A stretch of DNA of 63,895 nt, filler included, from Octopus bimaculoides (GCF_001194135.2; 6 parts of 6 records of this genome joined end to end with filler, not necessarily neighbours in it), one strand, 5' to 3'; counted from the whole stretch's first letter, positions 13,973 to 27,200 are shown. Program-made: numbers and translations. Notes: generated by a model from the sequence alone, not told the origin.

Positions 13973-14204
13973 TGTGTACAAAAAGTCTCTCCACTGTGAA
14001 TTTTTTCATCCTGCGCATCACCATGGCGCTACTTCAAGAGTTTTTCGATGAACGGATTATTTGGAAGGGACTTTGGCCACCAAGATCACCTGATTTAACA
14101 CCACTAGACTTTTTTTTTCTGGGGAGCAAGTAAAGGATCAGTGTACAAGAATCGCCCCGAAAACCATTAAATATTTACTGCGGAAAGACTTTTTGAAAAC
14201 CCTA
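13970..14204 (+). mobile_element. ~235-bp Tc1/mariner-derived MITE inside (TA)n
   Basis: Encodes WPPRSPDLTPLDFF, a Tc1/mariner (maT-like) catalytic motif; imperfect TIRs caaaaagtctctcc / ggaaagactttttg; TA flanks. Confidence 0.75.
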
Positions 14205-14716
14205 TATATATATATATATATATTTCAAATTTTGGCACAAGGCCAGCAATTTAAGTTGAGTANNNNNNNNNNNNNNNNNNNNNNNNNNNNNNNNNNNNNN
14301 NNNNNNNNNNNNNNNNNNNNNNNNNNNNNNNNNNNNNNNNNNNNNNNNNNNNNNNNNNNNNNNNNNNNNNNNNNNNNNNNNNNNNNNNNNNNNNNNNNNN
14401 NNNNNNNNNNNNNNNNNNNNNNNNNNNNNNNNNNNNNNNNNNNNNNNNNNNNNNNNNNNNNNNNNNNNNNNNNNNNNNNNNNNNNNNNNNNNNNNNNNNN
14501 NNNNNNNNNNNNNNNNNNNNNNNNNNNNNNNNNNNNNNNNNNNNNNNNNNNNNNNNNNNNNNNNNNNNNNNNNNNNNNNNNNNNNNNNNNNNNNNNNNNN
14601 NNNNNNNNNNNNNNNNNNNNNNNNNNNNNNNNNNNNNNNNNNNNNNNNNNNNNNNNNNNNNNNNNNNNNNNNNNNNNNNNNNNNNNNNNNNNNNNNTATA
14701 TATATATATATATATA

Positions 14717-15038
14717 GGAAGCGCAACGCAATGACCCAGTGGTTAGGGCAGCGGGCTCGCGGTTTCGATTACCAGACCGGGCGTTGTGTGTATTGAGCTC
14801 CACTAGGCTCCGACAGGGGGTAGTGGCGAACCACAACTTTCTCTCACTCTTTCTTGTACATGTATTTCAAATGGCCAGCCTTGTCACACTCTGTGTCACG
14901 CTGAATCCCACCGAGAACTACGTTAAGGGTACACGTGTCTGTGGAGTGCTCAGCCACTTGCACGTTAATTTCACGAGCAGGCTGTTCCATTGATCGGATC
15001 AGCTGGAACCCTCGTCGTCGTAACCGACGGAGTGCCAC
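14717..15038 (+). mobile_element. SINE family A copy inserted in (TA)n
   Basis: tRNA-like head (acccagtggttaggg...ggtttcgatt) and tail ctggaaccctcgtcgtcgtaaccgacggagtgcc; matches 24195-24572. Confidence 0.88.
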
Positions 15039-15057
15039 TATATATATATATATATAT

Positions 15058-15312
15058 ATTTCAAATTTTGGCACAAGGCCAGCAATTTAAGTTGAGTAGG
15101 GCGAGTCCATTACATCGATCCCAGTGCTGACACCTATGTTATCGGTTTAGCGACATAGTCCGATAGCATAAGCACCAGGTTGAAAAAGACAAAAAAAAAA
15201 AAAATAATAATAAATAAATAAAGAGTACTTGGTCGATTTATTCGACTAAAAATTCTTCAAAGCGGTGCTCCAGCATGGTCTCAGTCTAATGACAGAAACA
15301 AATAAAAAGAAA
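15058..15312. mobile_element. SINE B tail (minus) fused to SINE C 3' half (plus)
   Basis: tttcaaattttggcacaaggccagcaatt, then gcggtgctccagcatgg...gacagaaacaaataaaaaga. Confidence 0.6.
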
Positions 15313-15995
15313 AATAATAATAATAATAATAAAGTTCAGAAATATAATAAAATCGTTCCAGACAGCCATATAATCTGTCACAAGGCCATAAAAAATTAGC
15401 AATCAACGGTGTGGAAAAGAAATCATAAACAGTTGGTTTAGTCTTTCCACAGTCTGTCATTTATAGCATGTCAAAGTCGATTGTTTATATAATCAACGTT
15501 CGATTTGTCCCTATGATCTATCAATAAAATATCGCTGTTTCTTATCTGTCTTGTTCGAAAGTGTCATGCTTGTATGCATGTGCATCTGTGCGTATAGTTG
15601 TTTAAGAGTAAGTGTTAGTACGTGTGTGTATGTATACACACATATACACATACATATATGTATGTATGAATGTATGTATGTGTATATATACACGCGCACA
15701 CGCACACATATATAATAATTATATAATAATGATAATAATAATAATGATGATGATAATAATAATAAAATGTAACAACAAAAGAATGAGACCTCGATATTAG
15801 AGAAATAGCGGATTATCTATATATGTTATAATTTGGAACAAACAGTAAAAGGTTGTCTTTTATAATACTCGGAGTTTCGAATTTCAGAGCGAAGAGCTAC
15901 GATACATTCGCGTTGGCTGTTAATGGTAACCGAGTACTATAAAGACAACCTTTTAATGTTTGTTCTAAATTATCACACACACACACACACACACG

Positions 15996-16150
15996 CTGGG
16001 CTTCTTTCAGTTTCCGACCTAAAAAATCCACTCACAAGACTTTGGTCGGCCCGAGGCTATAGCAGAAGACACTTGCCCAAGGTGTCACGCAGTGGAACTG
16101 AACCCAGAACCATGTGGTTGGGAAGCAAGGTTCTTACCATACAGCCACGC

Positions 16151-16152
<2 letters not shown>
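15996..16152 (-). mobile_element. SINE family C 5' half
   Basis: gggcttctttcagtttcc...cccgaggctatagcagaagacacttgcccaagg...ccatacagccacgcc. Confidence 0.85.
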
Positions 16153-16185
<33 letters not shown>

Positions 16186-16399
16186 CGTGTGTGTGCGTAT
16201 GTATATATTTGTGTGCACACGTGTCTATGTTTGTATAAGAGTACAGTCGTATTGAAACGGAAATTGTGTTGTTGAGAAGTGGAGACGTGTCTGTGTGTTG
16301 TGAAGTTTGCTTCCCGACCACATGGTTCTGGGTTCAATCCCATTGCGTGGCACCTTGGGCAAAATCGAAATTCACAAGATGCCTATTTTGTTGTTTGTT

Positions 16400-16740
16400 C
16401 CTTATTTTACGATTTTCAGAGCCTCTTTGAAGAAAAGAATTACGTCCGATAATTTTTGATGACCAACAAGGGAAGTACGCTTTCGGATGTTTTCATAAAA
16501 TATCTCCACACCAACAAACCAAACACATTTTACTCTTTTGACAGGATTTTTGAAATATTTTATCTAATAGGAATTAGTTTTTGTTTCCGTAGATAGGATT
16601 AACCCAAAATGAGTTCTAAGGAACTCGAGTGCATTAAGAAAAGATTTTGAAGCTCCCCAAAGTGAGGCAAACTTTCAATAAATCTTTAAAAAAAACTAAT
16701 ATTTTTACATAATAAAGTAGTACTTGCCATTTTCCGTATA
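16400..16740 (-). mobile_element. Possible decayed piggyBac transposase fragment
   Basis: Weak translated similarity (LWGASKSFLNALEF; RTSLVGHQK) to PGBD motifs. Confidence 0.35.
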
Positions 16741-16750
16741 TGCTGTCTGT

Positions 16751-18110
16751 AAGACGGCGCGCTGGCAGGAACGTTAAGATGACGGGTAAAATGCTTAGCG
16801 ACATTTCGTCCGTCTTTACGTTTTAATTTCAAATTTCACGGAGGTCGACTTTGCCCTTCGTCCTTTCAGAGTCGATAAAATAAGTACCANNNNNNNNNNN
16901 NNNNNNNNNNNNGTCCCAAAATTTGAAACCACTGTATGGTCTCTCTGAGGCGGCGAACTGGCAGAACCGTTAGCACGACAAGTAAAATACTTAGCGGCAT
17001 TTCATCCGTCTTTCTGAGTTCAAATTCTACCGAGGTCAACATTGCTTTTCATCCTATAAGGGTCGATAAATTAAATACCAGTTGACCAGTTGAGCAGTGG
17101 GGTCGAAGTAATCGACTAACCCCGTGCCCTGAAATTGCTGGCCTTGTGCCAACATTTAAAGTCAATGTATGCTCACTTTTTCTGCCGCAGTTTTTGAAAT
17201 CATTTATTATCTTGGTTAATTTAGGTCAGTAGGTGTCGTCCTGTTCATAAAATATAGGCAAACATTCCAAGAGTTCCAGAAAATCGTACAAAGGGTTCCA
17301 AGACAAAATAAGTTAGGAAACATCTGTTATCAGGTAATTCCTGCTCCATTGACGTCTTAATCTAGGTTGAAAGAATTTAAACCTCGATTTTATTGCCTTA
17401 TTTCACATCAAAATTTACGATTTCGTACTTTTAAAGCTGTCTGCTTATATTTAAGGCGGCAAAATGGCAGAATCGTCAGTACGTTGGGCAAAATGCTTAG
17501 CGGCATCTCATTTGTCTTTGCGTTCTGAGTTCAAATTCCTCCGATGTCAATTTTGCCTTTCATCTTTTCGGGGTCGATAAATTAAGTACCAGTTGCGTAC
17601 TGGGATCGATCTAATCGACTGGCCGCCTCCCCCAAAATTTCGGGCCTTGTACTTAGAGTAGAAAAGTATATTTAAGGCGACAAACTGGCAGGATAGTTAG
17701 CACGATGGGCAAAATGTTTAGCGGCATCTCGTTTGTCTTTGCGTTCTGAGTTCAAATTCCGCCGAGGTCCACTTTGCATTTCATTCTTTCTAAATCGATA
17801 AAATAAGTACCTGTTAAGTACTGAGGTCTATGTATTCGACTAGACCCTCCCTCCCCCGAACTTGCTGCCCTTGTGCCAAAATTTGAAACCAGTATTTAAG
17901 GTAGCGAGCTGGCAGAACGGTTAGCGCGTTTGGCAAAATGCTTAGCGGTATTTCGCCAGTCTTTACGATCTGAGTTCAAATTCCGCCTAGGGCGACTTTG
18001 CCCTTCATCCTTTCAGGATCGATCAAACAAGCACAAGTTGTGTATTGAGGCCTTTGTATTCGACTAGAACCCTCCTCCGAAATTGCTGGGCCAAATTTGA
18101 AACCATTATT
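16751..18110 (+). mobile_element. Cluster of five same-strand SINE family B copies (about 16753, 16951, 17454, 17675, 17899)
   Basis: Each has ggcggcgagctggcagaa..ttagc..aaaatgcttagcggca..gttctgagttcaaattcc..tttcatcctttcggggtcgataaaataagtacc. Confidence 0.9.
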
Positions 18111-19336
18111 TCTATTTAATTCTTCGTGGAACTGTATTGATGGTTTCATTAAAGATCTTGTCTTTTGTATCAATTGTTTAGGCGATTTTGGAATTGTCTA
18201 CAGCGTTGGAGTTTTACGACAATTAGTTGCATTAGAATGTCTTTCTAATTTCCGATATTTCTTCCTTATTTTTCATTCTGTTTCATCGTGGTGGTGTCAC
18301 GGTATCCATTTAACACACACACACTCGAGTACACATACATACATACATACATACATACATACATACNNNNNNNNNNNNNNNNNNNNNNNNNNNNNNNNNN
18401 NNNNNNNNNNNNNNNNNNNNNNNNNNNNNNNNNNNNNNNNNNNNNNNNNNNNNNNNNNNNNNNNNNCATGGAAAGCAGACGTTAAACGATGATGATGATA
18501 TATATATATATATACATGTGTATATATATGCGTGTGTTAATGCATATATGTATATAACGATTAAAGACACACACACAGAACACGGAAAATTATGAAGCAA
18601 AGCGGAGATATACAAAGGCACAATATTTGAAATTCATGAAATTAAGCGTGTGATGAAAAACAATAATAATAAAGGAATGTCCACAATGAGAATGAATGTA
18701 TATAATGGAGATATTTGTATGTATGTATATATATANNNNNNNNNNNNNNNNNNNNNNNNNNNNNNNNNNNNNNNNNNNNNNNNNNNNNNNNNNNNNNNNN
18801 NNNNNNNNNNNNNNNNNNNNNNNNNNNNNNNNNNNNNNNNNNNNNNNNNNNNNNNNNNNNNNNNNNNNNNNNNNNNNNNNNNNNNNNNNNNNNNNNNNNN
18901 NNNNNNNNNNNNNNNNNNNNNNNNNNNNNNNNNNNNNNNNNNNNNNNNNNNNNNNNNNNNNNNNNNNNNNNNNNNNNNNNNNNNNNNNNNNNNNNNNNNN
19001 NNNNNNNNNNNNNNNNNNNNNNNNNNNNNNNNNNNNNNNNNNNNNNNNNNNNNNNNNNNNNNNNNNNNNATATTTATATATATATATATAATGAAAATAT
19101 ACGTCAATGAACGGAATAGATAAGGATCTAACGTTTCGAGTTATACACTTCTATGAGAGATAAGTAAAAGTAATAAGAGATGTAGGAGAAAAAGAAGTAG
19201 AATCAATAGCGAATGTACGACATCTGTTTACATTGAAGGCCTTGTGTAAAGAGGCTGTTGCAAAGTCGGATAGTAGAACTGGAAGTTGAGACACAATATG
19301 ACTAAGTAAGAAAGTAAGAAAGCGAGAGAAGGAGGA

Positions 19337-19500
19337 TCGGGCTTTTACACAGTTTCCGTCTACCAAATTCACTCACAAGTCAATGGTCGGCTCGAGATTA
19401 ATAGTTGAAAAGCCTTGCCCGCGGTACGACGCCGTGGGATTGAACTTGAAACTACGTGGTTGCAAAGGGAGTTTCTTAAACACTCAACCATTCTTGCACT
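19337..19500 (-). mobile_element. SINE family C 5' half (diverged)
   Basis: acagtttccgtctaccaaattcactcacaag...gtgggattgaac. Confidence 0.7.
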
Positions 19501-20249
19501 TGTAGTTTTTCTAACGTGCGCGTTCCAACGGAGAGTTCAAACCAACATGGCCGGCCAAATTGCTACAATTAACTGCAAAACCTCTTTAAAATACCTACTC
19601 ACGCTTTGCCAGGGTTAAAACAGACATATTGTTGCTATTGTCGTGTAAGATCCAACAATATTATTAATACATTATCATACAACATAATTGCAATTTTCCC
19701 TATAACAAACGTCATTAAATATCATTACTTTATATAATTACAAATTTTACTGTAATAAATATAGCTAGACTATTATTATCCAATATAATTACCATTTTTA
19801 CAATAATAAATATCGCTAAAATATTATCACCCAATATAATTATAATTTTTACTATAATGGTTATTATATTACTTGATTAAATAACATTTTTTAGTACGAT
19901 AATTATTATTAAGACGTTATTGAGCAACAATGTTATAGACAAATGGATGGTTTTTCATTATTCCCCTGCTTAGATTTGTGCTCGTGCCATGAGAGGTGTT
20001 GGGCTTTCAAGAGAAGCCCAGTATCAAAGCTTTGCTGGACACTGCCTTCGTATGGAACAACGAGACGGCAGGCCATATTAATTGTTATAAAGACTTCTGC
20101 TCCCAGAGGACGAAAGCTGTTTAAAGATATTGCTGGCATTGGCAGATATGAGTAATATCAAAATCAGGACCTACCAAAGAAAACAGAGGACAGAGATCTC
20201 GGTGCGTCGTTGTGGAGCATATCTCGGTTGCGGACGCTTGAAGAATAAG

Positions 20250-20690
20250 AAAACATTATCACCTCGACAAGCTGAGAGGACTTTTAGTGCGCCGGTCAAA
20301 GTGCTGAGTTCAAATTCTGCCAAGGTCAACTTCGGCTTTTATCATTTCAGATGAGCAATGGGGCCAGTGTAATCAACTAGCCCTTCCCCCGAATTTCAGA
20401 CCTTCTGTCTATAATAGAAAAGATTATTATTATTATTATTATTATTATCATTATTATTATCATTATTGTTATTGTTAAGGCGGCGAGCTGGCAGAAACGT
20501 TAGCACGCCGGACAAAATGCTTAGCGGTATGTTGTCTACCGCTACGTTCTGAGTTCAAATTCCGCCTTTATCGACTTTGTCTTTCATCCTTTCGGGGTCG
20601 ATGAAATAAGTACAAGTTGAATTCTGGAGTCGATGTAATCGACTTAAACCCACCCCAAATTTCTGCCCTTATGGAAAAATTTGAAGCTAT
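20250..20690 (+). mobile_element. Two SINE family B copies separated by (TAT)n
   Basis: Second copy at 20478 begins ggcggcgagctggcagaaacgttagcacgcc. Confidence 0.85.
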
Positions 20691-20827
20691 TATTATTATT
20701 ATTATTATTATTAAAAAAAAATTATTAGTCTTGTTTATACGCAAAACCCTCACAATTACACATACACGCACACATTTTTTTTTGACTTGTGCTGCCAATA
20801 ATGTTTTTCTTCATGTAAACCCTTGTG

Positions 20828-20860
<33 letters not shown>

Positions 20861-20892
20861 CAATAAATATAGCTAAAATATTATTAGCCTAC

Positions 20893-21127
20893 CTTTTATC
20901 TTTTACCTGTTTCAGTCAATAGACTGCGGTCAAGCTGAGGCACTGCCTTGAAGATTTTTTCGTCGAAGGAATCGATCCCGGTACTTATTTATAAAAAAGT
21001 CTTGTACTTATTTTATCGGTCTCTGTTGCAGAACCGCTACGTTGCAGGGTGTAAACTCTCCAACACCGGTTATCGGACGGTGGTGGGGGACAAACACGCG
21101 CACACACACATGTACGTGCACATACAC

Positions 21128-21174
<47 letters not shown>

Positions 21175-21340
21175 GATGTATGTGTGTGTTTATTACGACG
21201 GCTCCTACACAGTTTCTGTTTACCAAAGTTACTCACAAGGCCTTGGTCGACCCGAGGCTGTGGTAGAAGACACTTGCCCAAGGTACCACCCAGTAGGACT
21301 GAACCCGAAACCACGGAGTATTGCAAAGCAAGTTTCTTAG
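20893..21340 (-). mobile_element. Near full-length SINE family C with internal (TCTA)n
   Basis: Both the tail (tgtttcagtcaatagactgcgg) and head (gaagacacttgcccaagg...gactgaaccc) modules are present. Confidence 0.82.
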
Positions 21341-21787
21341 ACTAACGAATAAATAATTTTTTAATTGGTCAACAACACATAATAAGTTGTTTGAAATTAA
21401 ACCGCCATTGTTTTTTTTTTATTCTATGTTTACGTTCGTCGTTGATGTATTTTTTCATCGTATTTCAGTTTTTTTAACAATTTTTTTTTTATTTGTTCTG
21501 GAATCTTCTGGTAGAATTCTTTGTCGGCAGTTAAAATGAATGGAGCGATTCTAAAGAGGAATAAAACACAGAGGAACCTATTGTTAAGAGAGATGCTTTG
21601 AGAAAATAATTACGTCGATTCTTTTAGGTTAAAAGTAAGAATAGTTGTGTCAATGTTTGTAGTCTGTGCGAAAAGGCAAACCTTTCAAGATCCAAAACAA
21701 TTTCGATGATGAAGACATTTTGTTATCTGCAAATTGTTTGTTTCTTTTTCGTGTTTATTATTTAACTAGGAGAGGTCTGACACAGTC

Positions 21788-21789
<2 letters not shown>

Positions 21790-21847
<58 letters not shown>

Positions 21848-22582
21848 NNNNNNNNNNNNNNNNNNNNNNNNNNNNNNNNNNNNNNNNNNNNNNNNNNNNN
21901 NNNNNNNNNNNNNNNNNNNNNNNNNNNNNNNNNNNNNNNCACACACACGCACACACATATACGTACACACATAGCGAGGAGAGGTCTGACAGTCCTGCAC
22001 ACACACACACACATACACGCACGCATGCATACACACATATATGCACACACATGACCAAAAGTCTGACACGCTTGCATACACACTTATATGCACACATATA
22101 TACACATATACACACACATCTACACACATGTATACTCACACACATACACACATATATATATATACATACATACACACTCTGTCACCCAGCAACTTGACTA
22201 CACACATACATTATCTAGATACACACGCACACATACACACACACACACACACTCTCTTTCCCACACACGCTCTCTCACATGCACGTTCTCTTTCAAGCAC
22301 ACACAATTACACACATTTATACTCACACACGCACATATACGCATAATACACTCTCTAACCCAGCTACACAACCACACACACACACATATTATCTTTCAAA
22401 CACACGCATATACACACATTTACTTACATATATACTCTCTCTCACACACACGCACCTACATAAATATACATACACACACACACACACTCTCTCACAAAGC
22501 CATACAACCACCTACACAGTCATCTAAATGCACACACACTCTCACTCTCTCACACACTGCCCCTTTCAAACACACACATATG

Positions 22583-22613
<31 letters not shown>

Positions 22614-23031
22614 TATCTCACACATATATATACACTCATCCACACGCACATATATAGCACACACCCATTCAAACATACACACGCACGCACACACACACAC
22701 ACATTCCCTCTCTCACTCACACACATGCGCCTTCACATACAAATATATATACACACACACACATAGTAACACACATATACATCCACAATCTCTCTCTAAC
22801 ACACATATACACATACATACACACTTTCTCTAGACATACACACATGCAAATACTCTCTCACACACCTGTGTATATATATATATATACCCAGTCACCTACA
22901 CTCATATAAATACACATACACGCACACGCGCTCTCTCTCACACATTCATAGCACTTCCCTCTATCACATACACACACACGCACTTTCTCTTGACACACAC
23001 ATGTACATACACATAAATACACCTATCCTGA

Positions 23032-23069
<38 letters not shown>

Positions 23070-23150
23070 ATTTTCTCTCATGCTCTTACTCACCCCTCGT
23101 CTTCTCTCTCTATCACACACACATACGCACACGCGCCCGCGCATGCGCAA
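21790..23150. repeat. Long degenerate (CA)-rich cryptic simple sequence
   Basis: Directly visible; source of many His/Thr ORFs. Confidence 0.9.
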
Positions 23151-23289
23151 ACAAGAATTATGAAATCTAAACGTTCGTGTCTAGTTTCCTCTCAATTCAC
23201 AATTTAGAAATATATTTATGGCATTGGCCAAATCGGTAGAGCGTCGAGGAAAAATGAAATATCTCCTGATATGTGGTTAATATTTTTAG

Positions 23290-23530
23290 ATGCCAGTTCT
23301 TGTCCTTCGAGGCGAAGAACTCGACGCTTCATCAGCCAAGAGGAGATGGAAGCTTCAGTAAAAGAGTTCTTCGCCTCAAAGGACAAGAACTCGTATCAGC
23401 GTGGAATCAAAGAACCGGCAGAACGGTGGTTTCAGACGGTGCAACACGAAGGCCTCTACTTTGAATGCCGGGCTGCTTTTGTTTTAATAAAATGAATGTT
23501 ACCAAAATATTGCAAAACTTTTGACTCAAC
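23290..23530 (+). mobile_element. Mariner transposase C-terminal fragment
   Basis: RRFISQEEMEASVKEFFASKDKNSYQRGIKEPAERWFQTVQHEGLYFE is a typical mariner C-terminus. Confidence 0.82.
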
Positions 23531-23819
23531 ACAACCTAAGAACATAGCGCATCAACCGGTCTAGAAATTCAACCAACGATATTGTGATCATAAGTGCAAG
23601 TCCCCACCCCTTAACCACTAGGCTACGCGTTTTCACCTCCAAAATGCATTTGTGGTAGTCTTAAAAAGTGAAGCGTGTGAATGGAAGAAGAAAATTTACC
23701 CTTAGCCACCAACAGCCTTTGATGAAATAGCCCCGGTATGGATGTAACTGGGTATCTCAGACTTGATATCTTTTTCTATGATAATTCGGGTCCTCGTAGA
23801 TTATGTTCTAGTCAGTAGA

Positions 23820-24100
23820 ACATTGTTTGTAATATGGTAAGCTCAAGACGGTCGCGGTTTTGCTTGAGGAAATCTCTCAAGTTGACGTATTTGTTTCGAG
23901 ATGCTGTCCAAGTCTTACAACCGTTGATCAATGTGGAAATTGTAAGGCACCCAAAACCTACTTTGAGTTTCAATTTTTGGTTGAGAAAGACACGGCGTGA
24001 GAGGTACACAAAGGCTTGTAAGCTTCTCATAGTCAGTTGTTGATGTCATATTCGAGGGAACACGAACTGAACAAGATGTGCTGAGGTAACTGAAGAATGA
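23820..24100 (-). mobile_element. RTE-clade LINE RT fragment (decayed)
   Basis: LKVGFGCLTISTLINGCKTWT resembles the RTE motif STLLYGCETWT. Confidence 0.5.
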
Positions 24101-24194
24101 AACTTCTTCAACTAGTACACCATAGATGAAGTCGTATTTCTGCTCGAGAAGTATATTGAGTTAGAATTTTTATCTTTGACTGACATTTAGTCGC

Positions 24195-24572
24195 GGCACT
24201 CCGTCGATTACGACGACGAGGGTTCCAGTTGATCCGATCAACGGAACAGCCTGCTCGTGAAATTAACGTGCAAGTGGCTGAGCACTCCACAGACACGTGT
24301 ACCCTTAACGTAGTTCTCGGGGATATTCAGCGTGACACAGTGTGGCAAGGCTGACCCTTTGAATTACAGGCACAACAGAAACAGGAAGTAAGAATGAGAG
24401 AAAGTTGTGGTGAAAGAGTACAGCAGGGTTTGCCACCATCCCCTGCTGGAGCCTCGTGGAGCTTTAGGTGTTTTCGCTCAATAAACACTCACAACGCCCG
24501 GTCTGGGAATCGAAACCGCGATCCGATGACCGCAAGTCCGCTGCCCTAACCACTGGGCCATTGCGCCTCCAC
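24195..24572 (-). mobile_element. Full-length SINE family A
   Basis: Minus strand gtggaggcgcaatggcccagtggttaggg (A-box) ... ggtttcgattccc (B-box) ... tail gaaccctcgtcgtcgtaatcgacggagtgcc. Confidence 0.92.
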
Positions 24573-24699
24573 TGTCGATAATAAACCTGATGCTTAACTG
24601 AGTCTTAAAACAACAACAAAAAAAGCCTCACATTTTTTCTGTTTCTCTCTTCAACAGAAAACCATAATCTCGTGTCAGTTGTAAAGATTGTATGTAAGA

Positions 24700-24815
24700 C
24701 AAGCAAACCGGAGTTCTGCAACCGGTAGACTACCCTGCGTAGGCAGCACCAATCGTAGTCGTCAAAAGCCAAGCAACATTGTACGGATCTGCGCCGATTA
24801 CTCCATCAGTATCCA
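24700..24815 (+). mobile_element. Ty3/gypsy reverse-transcriptase remnant
   Basis: PVDYPA*AAPIVVVK/KPSNIVRICADYS (one stop, one frameshift) matches the gypsy RT N-terminal motif WAAPIVVVKK...RICxDY. Confidence 0.72.
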
Positions 24816-24859
24816 CTGCCACTACATGACTCATTCCTCATTACTAACATCTCCTACAA

Positions 24860-24910
24860 TCAACTGGAACCCTCGACATCGTAAGCGACGGAGTGCCAAC
24901 AACAACAATA
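24860..24910 (+). mobile_element. SINE family A 3' tail fragment with (CAA)n
   Basis: caactggaaccctcgacatcgtaagcgacggagtgccaacaacaac. Confidence 0.75.
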
Positions 24911-25293
24911 TTATCGACAAAAACGGGCGCAAACTTGATACCGCAAACACCAGATCCATAATGTATCGAATACTATGGATCACAACAACGAAATGTTATT
25001 CATTTACCTTCATACAGTAGCGTATTTCGTATTTAATTACGAGAAGAGGTGAACATGACTTGCTCAATTAATTAAAGTGTGCTCTCTTACATAAAAATTA
25101 GGATGACATATGGATAATATTGAATGTAATCATCAGTGAACAAATTTCATTAGCATTTCAACTATTAAAAATATTTTAATAGTTAAAATATAGATTCCGT
25201 CTTCTATGTTATATGAAAATAATTTGCAAGTTTGCTTTGAGCAGGCTTTTTGAAATGAAGTTCCTCATCAGGATATTATATTTTATGTGCTGG

Positions 25294-25348
<55 letters not shown>

Positions 25349-25390
25349 NNNNNNNNNNNNNNNNNNNNNNNNNNNNNNNNNNNNNGGTAT

Positions 25391-25426
<36 letters not shown>

Positions 25427-25675
25427 ATGATGATAATCTTGATAATAAATGAGGATAATAAACATTGATTGATAATAGATATTGGTGATAATGATGATGA
25501 CGATGATGATGATGTCAGTGACGATAATAGTTTTTTTTTTTAAAGTATTCTACACAAAAGCAAATTCCAATACGAACAAACACATATTACAAGTATATAC
25601 ACCAGTGAATGCATGTATGTGTGTGTGTGTGTGTGCGCGTGTGTATATGTACATACCGTTTTATAAATAAATAAA

Positions 25676-25707
<32 letters not shown>

Positions 25708-25715
25708 ATGATAGA

Positions 25716-25950
25716 CGCAGGTGTGGCTGTGTGTTAAGAAGTTTACTTCCCAACCACATGGCTTTGGCTTCAGTTCTGCTGCATGGCACCTAGGGCAAGT
25801 GTCTACTACAGCTCAGGACCAACCAAAGCCTTCAGAGTGGATTTGGTAGATAAAATACATACATACGTATATATATATATATAACTATGTGTGTTTGTCT
25901 TTGTGTTTTTGTCCCCACCCAGTTTTGGTTTGTCTACGTTCTCGTAACTN
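25716..25950 (+). mobile_element. SINE family C copy running into a gap
   Basis: cgcaggtgtggctgtgtg...gggcaagtgtctacta...gtggatttggtaga. Confidence 0.8.
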
Positions 25951-26384
25951 NNNNNNNNNNNNNNNNNNNNNNNNNNNNNNNNNNNNNNNNNNNNNNNNNN
26001 NNNNNNNNNNNNNNNNNNNNNNNNNNNNNNNNNNNNNNNNNNNNNNNNNNNNNNNNNNNNNNNNNNNNNNNNNNNNNNNNNNNNNNNNNNNNNNNNNNNN
26101 NNNNNNNNNNNNNNNNNNNNNNNNNNNNNNNNNNNNNNNNNNNNNNNNNNNNNNNNNNNNNNNNNNNNNNNNNNNNNNNNNNNNNNNNNNNNNNNNNNNN
26201 NNNNNNNNNNNNNNNNNNNNNNNNNNNNNNNNNNNNNNNNNNNNNNNNNNNNNNNCTCTGATCGGAGACCCACGATTTACTGATGTATGGCCGTCACACT
26301 ATTACATTTCTCGTTTCGCATTTGAGATTTTGTACCTCAATAAAATATGAAACTATTACAAAAAAAAAGACGTTTTCATAATAT

Positions 26385-26603
26385 TGGTTTCCAATTTTGG
26401 CACAAGGCCAGCAATTTCAAGGGAGGGGATAAGTTAAATACATCCACCCCAGTGCTCAACTGGTACTTATTTTATCGATTCAGAAAGGATGAAGGGGGAC
26501 AAAGTCGATCTCGGTAGAATTTGAACTCAGAACGTAAAGACGGACGAAATGCCGCTAAGCATTTTGTCCGGTGTGATAACGATTCTACCAGGTTGCTGCC
26601 TTA
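26385..26603 (-). mobile_element. SINE family B full copy
   Basis: Reverse complement of the B consensus; tail ttggtttccaattttggcacaaggcc. Confidence 0.85.
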
Positions 26604-26919
26604 GATATTTTCATAATATTGGAGTGTCGAAACAATTCCAATAAAAATAATTCAAAATGTAGGTTTTAGATTTAAATGAATCGAACAATCAATAAATTTG
26701 ATTGAATTGTAGAAAGATCGAGAGAAGGAGAAAAGAAAGAAAGAAAAACCGCAAACAAAAACAAACAAATAGGTTCTTTTAAACAGCCCGAGTAAATTGG
26801 ACGAGCTGTCCTTATTGCTTGCATCACGGAATTGAAACGCACTGATGTGGAACGAAATAGACATGTCATCATCATCATCATTATCATTATCATGATGATG
26901 ATCATTATCATCCCCGTCA

Positions 26920-27200
26920 ATTTGCAACAACTACTCCTGGATCGTTTTGAGCGCTAGGAGTCATTGGGCCTGGTTAACCAGTTTCCACGCCGTATTTGTG
27001 AGCAAAATCACAATGTTACCCCTGAATGGGACCCCAGTCCTTCGCAGGAGTTACTCATTTACAGCTGAGAGGATTGGAGTAACATCAAATGAAGTGTATT
27101 GCCTAAGAACATAACGCACCAACCGGTCTTGGAATCGAACCAACAATCTTGTGATCATAAGTGCAAGCCCCCACCCCTTAACCACTAAGCTACGCGCTTT
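26920..27200 (-). mobile_element. SINE family A-type copy (variant tail)
   Basis: ggaatcgaacc...gtgatcataagtgcaa...ttaaccactaagctacgcgc head. Confidence 0.75.

Noticed and set aside
16751-18110. CRISPR-like repeat array
   Set aside because: Units are ~210-bp diverged SINE copies with no repeat-spacer structure, no cas genes, and a eukaryotic context.
19129-19158. Second hammerhead (minus strand, GAAACGTT palindrome)
   Set aside because: The CUGANGA box is destroyed (CATAGAA); at most a dead relic.
21360-21740. Further piggyBac-like remnant
   Set aside because: Similarity (KKIVKKTEI) is too weak to call.
24480-24572. tRNA genes
   Set aside because: A- and B-box heads run into SINE bodies, and no complete cloverleaf is evident; the same applies to all A, B and C heads.
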